Shown here: positions 58,797 to 64,000 of the stretch, in pieces
Numbering within the stretch: the stretch's first letter is position 1
How the letters are laid out: every line of letters begins with the position of its first letter
Assembly: GCA_963677925.2 (NCBI GenBank)
Contig: CAXXYH010000003.1
Coordinates: forward strand, 1,600,001-1,664,000
DNA: 64,000 bases
Direction of reading: 5' to 3'
Source: Spirochaetia bacterium
Lineage (GTDB): Bacteria; Spirochaetota; Spirochaetia; UBA9216
The notes under the pieces: model-generated
Told to the model about the DNA's origin: nothing
Seen by the model: only the letters and a program-made list of their open reading frames with translations
Database searches by the model: none
Position numbers and translations under genes: made by a program

Positions 58797-59774
58797 CTAC
58801 TTCTTTAGAAATTTATAATCAGCTTCCCTGTATCTAGGACCGGTATTCGGGTATTTTCCCAATATATCCTCTATAAAAGAAAGGTCTTCCTGAGATAATT
58901 CAATATTTACCGCTTCAACGTTCTCTTCGAGATATTTTCGGCGTTTAGTTCCCGGTATCGGTATAATATTATCACCCCTGCTTAAAACCCATGCCAGAGC
59001 AAGTTGTGCGGCTGTACAGTTTTTTGCCGCAGCTAATTCATCTAATTCAGCAGAAAGCTTCCGGTTGTTTTCCCAGTATTCACCGGCATACCGCGGCAGG
59101 TTTTTACGGAAATCATTTGTCGCTAATGATTTATCGTCGATTTTATTCGCAATCAAGCCCCGGCTCAGCGGAGCAAAGGGTATAAAGGCAATGCCCAGTT
59201 CTTTTGTAAGGGGCAGAATCTGTTCTTCTACATCCCGGGATATCAGGGAGTATTCACTTTGTACTGCCGTGATCGGATGAACGCTGTTTGCCTTTTTGAG
59301 GTCATCCGGTATGCATTCGCTGAGCCCGATGTACCTGATTTTGCCTTCCTCAATCAGCTTCGACATCGCGCCTACAGTCTCTTCAATCGGAACATCAGCT
59401 GAAATCCTGTGCACATAATACAAATCGATTGTTTCGATTTTCAGCCGGCGAAGACTATCCTCAACTGCATCTTTTAACCAGAGAGGTGAAGAATCAACAT
59501 ATGTTTGTCCGTCACGGACCCGGAATCCGAATTTGGTAGCAATAAAGATTTTATTGCGGTTCTCAGGAAGAACCCTTGAGAGTATCTGTTCATTTAAACC
59601 ATTTCCATAGATATCGGCAGTATCCCATAGATTAATACCCAGCTCAAGGGATCTATGCAGTGTCGCGATACTCTCTGCTTCATCAGCAGTTCCGTAAAAT
59701 GAACTCATTCCCATACAGCCCAATCCGACTGCAGAGATCTTTTCACCGGAATTTCCCAGCATTCTTGTTTTCAT
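58797..59774 (-). CDS. Aldo/keto reductase (AKR13-like)
   Basis: GLGCMGMS, DTADIYG, ATKFG, IDLYYVHR, PIPGT. Confidence 0.92.
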   Translation of the reverse strand: MKTRMLGNSGEKISAVGLGCMGMSSFYGTADEAESIATLHRSLELGINLWDTADIYGNGLNEQILSRVLPENRNKIFIATKFGFRVRDGQTYVDSSPLWLKDAVEDSLRRLKIETIDLYYVHRISADVPIEETVGAMSKLIEEGKIRYIGLSECIPDDLKKANSVHPITAVQSEYSLISRDVEEQILPLTKELGIAFIPFAPLSRGLIANKIDDKSLATNDFRKNLPRYAGEYWENNRKLSAELDELAAAKNCTAAQLALAWVLSRGDNIIPIPGTKRRKYLEENVEAVNIELSQEDLSFIEDILGKYPNTGPRYREADYKFLKK

Positions 59775-59913
59775 ATACGCCTCCGTAATACTATTAATTA
59801 TACATCTTATTATTTAATAATAATATAAAAATAACGGAAGGTTAAAAATGATGGTTTTATCAGGTGTCCACTATAAAATTTCAAATTTTAATTAAGACCA
59901 ATTTTAAATTTCT

Positions 59914-60837
59914 TCAACCCTGACTCTGATTACTTAAACCTTCAAGAATTTCAAGCTGATCCGCTATCATTGAAATAGACGGCAGTTCAATACCGTTTTT
60001 TTCTGCTGCTTTAAGCGGTTTCCGGAACATGTAATCAATTTCCATCGGCCGTCCTGACTCAAAGTCAAGCTTCATACTAGGCTTATATGGAGTCATCACC
60101 CTTGTAAAATCAATCATCGGTTCAATCTGGCTTTCAGTAAGACTGCAGCCGTCAGCCCTGGCTCCCTGAACAACCTCCGACATCAGCTTTCTAACAATTG
60201 TTTCGCCCTGACGGCTGGAAAGAATATCGTTTGTAGTAGCATTCAGAACAACAGAAAGCCCGTTAAACGGAATATTCCAAAGCAGTTTACTCCATCGGGA
60301 GGTTCTCAGATCATCACTGCTTTTAAACTCAATCCCGGCTGCAATAAAATCAGCTTCAATCAGTTTCAGGATCGGCAGGTCAGCAGGATCCAGAGGTGCA
60401 GCCAGTATCGAGCCCTTATCTACATGAACAATATGCCCAGGAGCCTTCCTGAAAGAACATATAAAACACATGCCCCCCATAACTCTGGCCTCTGGGAAGG
60501 CCGTCCGCAGCTCCTCTTCCATATCAAGACCGTTTTGAAGCACAAGAATAACTGTACCGCTGTTTACCAGAGGCCGTATCAGGTCGGGAAGCTTTGAATT
60601 TGCTGTTGTTTTCAAAGAAACCAGAATAACATCGGTTTCCGGAATATCTTCAGCCTTCTTAAAAGCTGCTATTTCTTCTAATTTAAAATCACCATCTATT
60701 GACTCAATGACCATGCCTGAACTCTTAAGTTGTGCATAGTCACTTCTGGCCAGGTAATTAACCGTCAATCCGGACTGCTGCAAGCGTCCGCCGTAGTAGG
60801 AGCCTATCGCTCCGGTGCCTATAACTGTGTATCTCAT
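59914..60837 (-). CDS. panE: 2-dehydropantoate 2-reductase (PanE/ApbA family)
   Basis: IGTGAIG, LQNG, WSKLLWN, PSMKLD, PMEID. Confidence 0.85.
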   Translation of the reverse strand: MRYTVIGTGAIGSYYGGRLQQSGLTVNYLARSDYAQLKSSGMVIESIDGDFKLEEIAAFKKAEDIPETDVILVSLKTTANSKLPDLIRPLVNSGTVILVLQNGLDMEEELRTAFPEARVMGGMCFICSFRKAPGHIVHVDKGSILAAPLDPADLPILKLIEADFIAAGIEFKSSDDLRTSRWSKLLWNIPFNGLSVVLNATTNDILSSRQGETIVRKLMSEVVQGARADGCSLTESQIEPMIDFTRVMTPYKPSMKLDFESGRPMEIDYMFRKPLKAAEKNGIELPSISMIADQLEILEGLSNQSQG

Positions 60838-60925
60838 AAAAAACCCCTCCTACTATAGCAGAAGGGGCTGATTGTTTTAAGAGTATTTCAAAAGAACAGG
60901 TTAACTGCTCAACAGACCAGCAATC

Positions 60926-62158
60926 CTACTTTGCAATAACCATCTTAAAACCGTCTTTCAGCGATTTTGCTTTTCCGGTCATCAGTATGGCCTGCCTGAA
61001 AATCTTTCCTGAAGCTATTGCAACACCTGCAATAGAAACTATCAGGATTAAAACACAGAGTGCAATCTGCCAGACCGGAGGCTGTCCAACCATCAGTCTG
61101 ACGAACATAACCATTGGAGATGTCAGCGGAAAGAGAGAGAAAAACAGTGAAATACCGGAATCGGGATTCATTACGAAGTATGAAATCATAACCATCGGAA
61201 GAATGAGCGGAATAAGCATAGGCATCTGCAGCTGGCCCATACTCTGCTCATCCTCCGCCAGCGCTCCGGTTGCGGCATAGAGACATGAGTAGAGAAAGAA
61301 GGCAAGCAGAAAGAACAGAACAAGGTAGCCAAGCATATCAACTGAAAAGACCGAAGGCATGGATAAGTTAAAAACCGGACCCACGACCTTAATAAGCAGG
61401 AGCGACGCAGCAATCCAAACCACATACTGTGATATCCCTGCAAGACCGAGTCCCAGAATCTTTCCAAGCATCAGTGTGACAGGTTTAACTGAAGAAAGCA
61501 TAACCTCTACTGTTTTGCTGGTTTTCTCCCCTACTACTTCACGGCCGATCATCTGACTGTAAAGAAGGGTTGTCATATACAGAAGCATGATAAATGCAAT
61601 TGCGGAGTATATAAAAGATGTAAAATCCTGAGCTTCTTTTTCCTCTCCGCCCTTTTTAAGCTGAATAACATCAAGCCGCGGTTTTGCCGTAAGCGAGGCA
61701 ACTTTTACCGGATCAAGGCCTTCTCCGCTTATCCGCATTGAGGTGACAATCTGTCCAACAACATTCCGCACAGTCTCTGTAAGCATGATATCGCTGGCAT
61801 TTGATGTATAAAAAACCAGCTCATTTGAACTAAGCGGATCATCGGGAAGAACAAGCAGTCCGTCAATCCCGTTCTCTGCTGCTCTCTGCCTGGATAATTC
61901 AAGATCCTCTGATTTTGACAGGGTCAGAATCTCGGAACTTGAGGCTATAATTGCTTCAACCACAGCCGGATTTCCGCCGTAAATTTCAACCTCTGCACCG
62001 CTGAAACTGTCAAGGCTCTTCTCGGTCAGAATGCTTGGAAGAACCGTCATTGCAAGTATCAGAACCGGTCCGAGAATTGTAATTACAATAAAACTCTTCT
62101 TCATTGCGGTACGCCGGTAATTGAATTTAATCATTGTTAATAATTTACTGCTTTTCAT
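60926..62158 (-). CDS. ABC-2 type permease (NatB-like)
   Basis: EKTSKTVEVMLSS..LMLGK, PLTSPMVM. Start placed at ATG 62158. Confidence 0.88.
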   Translation of the reverse strand: MKSSKLLTMIKFNYRRTAMKKSFIVITILGPVLILAMTVLPSILTEKSLDSFSGAEVEIYGGNPAVVEAIIASSSEILTLSKSEDLELSRQRAAENGIDGLLVLPDDPLSSNELVFYTSNASDIMLTETVRNVVGQIVTSMRISGEGLDPVKVASLTAKPRLDVIQLKKGGEEKEAQDFTSFIYSAIAFIMLLYMTTLLYSQMIGREVVGEKTSKTVEVMLSSVKPVTLMLGKILGLGLAGISQYVVWIAASLLLIKVVGPVFNLSMPSVFSVDMLGYLVLFFLLAFFLYSCLYAATGALAEDEQSMGQLQMPMLIPLILPMVMISYFVMNPDSGISLFFSLFPLTSPMVMFVRLMVGQPPVWQIALCVLILIVSIAGVAIASGKIFRQAILMTGKAKSLKDGFKMVIAK

Positions 62159-63056
62159 ATTCATCTCCGTCTCCTGCAAGATCAACAAATATCTTATGCA
62201 GGCTTGGGGCTTGAAGTTCGAACCTCGCAACCTTAAGCTTTCCGGCTACAGCCCTGAAAAGTTCATCCGATGCATTATCATCTTCAATCAGCTCAACCTC
62301 GCATGAGCCGGGCCAGAGGTTTATATCCTTGACAAAGGGCAGTTCTTTCACAAAGGCTGCACTGCCTTCAAAATCTATTCGTACTGTATTCCGCCCGAAC
62401 TGTTTTTTAACCTCAGACAGTGAACCCGATGTTTTAACTTTTCCTTTTTTCATTATGCAGATTCGGTTGCATATCTGTTCGGCATGACTCATAACGTGGG
62501 TGCTGAAAATTATAGTTTTGCCCCTGTCCCTCAGCTCTGCAATAAGAGCGCTGAGCTGATCGGCACTTACGGGATCAAGTCCTGAAAAGGGTTCATCAAG
62601 TACAATAATCTGCGGGTCATGAAGGATGGTGGAAATAAACTGAATTTTCTGAGCCATTCCCTTTGACAGCTCATCCGTCTTCTTATTCTTCCAATCAAGC
62701 AGATCGAATCTTTTTAGAAGCGGAACCATATCGCTTTTGGCCTTAGATAGACTGGCACCTTTCAGCTCTGCCAGATATAGAAGAAGGTCCTCAACAACAA
62801 CCTTTTTATACAGACCTCGTTCTTCAGGAAGATACCCGATACGATCCTTATCCCCTTCATTTATCGGGGTTCCGTCGAATAGAATCTCACCAGTATCAGG
62901 GCTGATAATATTCATGATCATCCTGATTGTGGTGGATTTTCCAGCGCCATTGGGTCCGAGCAAACCGTAAATCTGTCCGGGTTCAATTGAAAATGAAAGC
63001 TCATCAACGGCTTTCAGACTGCCGTAACTTTTTGAAACCTGTTTTACCTCAACCAC
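62145..63056 (-). CDS. ABC transporter ATPase (NatA/YhaQ-like)
   Basis: GPNGAGKST, GYLPEERGLY, LSKGMAQK, LDEPFSGLDP. Confidence 0.93.
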   Translation of the reverse strand: MVEVKQVSKSYGSLKAVDELSFSIEPGQIYGLLGPNGAGKSTTIRMIMNIISPDTGEILFDGTPINEGDKDRIGYLPEERGLYKKVVVEDLLLYLAELKGASLSKAKSDMVPLLKRFDLLDWKNKKTDELSKGMAQKIQFISTILHDPQIIVLDEPFSGLDPVSADQLSALIAELRDRGKTIIFSTHVMSHAEQICNRICIMKKGKVKTSGSLSEVKKQFGRNTVRIDFEGSAAFVKELPFVKDINLWPGSCEVELIEDDNASDELFRAVAGKLKVARFELQAPSLHKIFVDLAGDGDEYEKQ

Positions 63057-63159
63057 TGTTTTTACTCCATATTTGATACTATAAATACTACCATATTCAA
63101 CACAAAATATTCACTTTAATGTTGCCGGGTGTATAATAATTAAATATATTTTGTTACAG

Positions 63160-64000
63160 ATGTCAGGTTTAAAAATCTCCAAGCAATTCTTTCTCGAAGA
63201 AGGACTTCCAGCCCTTAAAGATATATTTCCTGATATTGATCATATGGCTGCTTTCGGAATGGCCGGAGAAGGCTCGGACTGCTTCGGGTATGACGATGAG
63301 ATATCAAGGGATCATGACTGGGGGCCGGGTTTCTGTATCTGGATTGAGTCTGCCGCGGATGATAACCTGAATACAGAACTGAAAAAAGTATATGAAAATC
63401 TTCCCCGGAAATGGAAGGGGTTAAAAACACGCCTTACAGGCGCACCTGCCCGCACCGGTGTATTTGAAATCAGCGCTTTCTTTAAGCAGTTCACCGGCAT
63501 GGACAGAATCCCTGAATCGGTGCTTGAGTGGTGGGCCATCCCCGATTTCATGCTTGCCGCGGCCACCAATGGTGAGGTTTTTTCTGATTATCCCGGAGTA
63601 TTCTCTGCCGACCGGGCATATCTTTCAGCCATACCTGAGGATGTAAGAGTCAAACATATTGCCCAATATGCATTCCAAGCCGGACAGTCCGGCCAGTATA
63701 ATTATCTGCGAGCCCTCAGGCGCGGTGATATACCGGCGCAGAATCTTGCGCTTTCACGTTTCGGCGAATCTGCCATGAAGATGCTCTACCACCTTGGCTG
63801 CAGATATCCGCCTTACTATAAATGGCTCCACCGGGGACTCATTGACACCGGCGAAGCCGGAAAACAGCTTTCACCGCTGTTCATAAAGCTTTTTGAAAAG
63901 AAAGAAGTTATCGACATCATCGAAACGATAAGCAGCAGACTTATTGAGGAGATTAAAAATCAGGATCTTTCAGACGGCGGCAGCGACTTTCTAATTGATC
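63160..64000 (+). CDS. DUF4037-type nucleotidyltransferase-like protein (partial; runs off window)
   Basis: Manual translation: MSGLKISKQFF...GEGSDCFGYDDEISRDHDWGPGF...QSGQYNYLR...PPYYKW. Absent from the ORF track because it has no stop in the window. Confidence 0.8.
   Translation, partial: MSGLKISKQFFLEEGLPALKDIFPDIDHMAAFGMAGEGSDCFGYDDEISRDHDWGPGFCIWIESAADDNLNTELKKVYENLPRKWKGLKTRLTGAPARTGVFEISAFFKQFTGMDRIPESVLEWWAIPDFMLAAATNGEVFSDYPGVFSADRAYLSAIPEDVRVKHIAQYAFQAGQSGQYNYLRALRRGDIPAQNLALSRFGESAMKMLYHLGCRYPPYYKWLHRGLIDTGEAGKQLSPLFIKLFEKKEVIDIIETISSRLIEEIKNQDLSDGGSDFLID

Noticed and set aside
6491-60837. Pantothenate pathway formed by the panB-like gene, the SSS transporter (PanF-like) and panE
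   Set aside because: The genes are far apart and unlinked, the PanB-like protein lacks key motifs, there is no panC/panD, and the SSS substrate is unknown.

Overview
A gene-dense bacterial chromosomal window, probably from an anaerobic spirochaete. That assignment is inferred from the AGGQKD/NGTQES-type signal peptides and a small beta-barrel protein. It consists almost entirely of accessory catabolic, transport and regulatory modules. I saw no rRNA, tRNA, CRISPR array, transposase or phage genes. Three loci stand out. (1) 5.4-12.3 kb: a self-contained regulon with two paralogous LuxR-type regulators, a stand-alone GcvT-family folate enzyme, an unknown Cys-rich V4R/ATC-hydrolase-like protein, a trigger-factor C-domain-only chaperone, a PanB-like protein lacking its metal ligands and an SDR. 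These genes are tied together by four copies of a 16-bp palindrome, TACATAnnTTTATGYA. (2) 23.8-33.1 kb: a PflD-like glycyl radical enzyme with altered active-site loops, flanked by DeoC, an atypical ROK/ASKHA kinase-like protein, two AraC regulators, an MFS and a nucleoside phosphorylase, with no activase in the window. (3) 17.0-23.7 kb: a SorC-controlled operon of kinase, tandem class II aldolase and BON-GlpA-like dehydrogenase. The rest comprises a GH78 rhamnosidase locus, an AraC-controlled aldo/keto reductase detox operon, an orphan Dam methylase, a UroD/MtaA-family sugar ABC locus, a TRAP transporter, PanE, an ABC exporter and a DUF4037-like gene. All family assignments come from recalled motifs; no database search was run.
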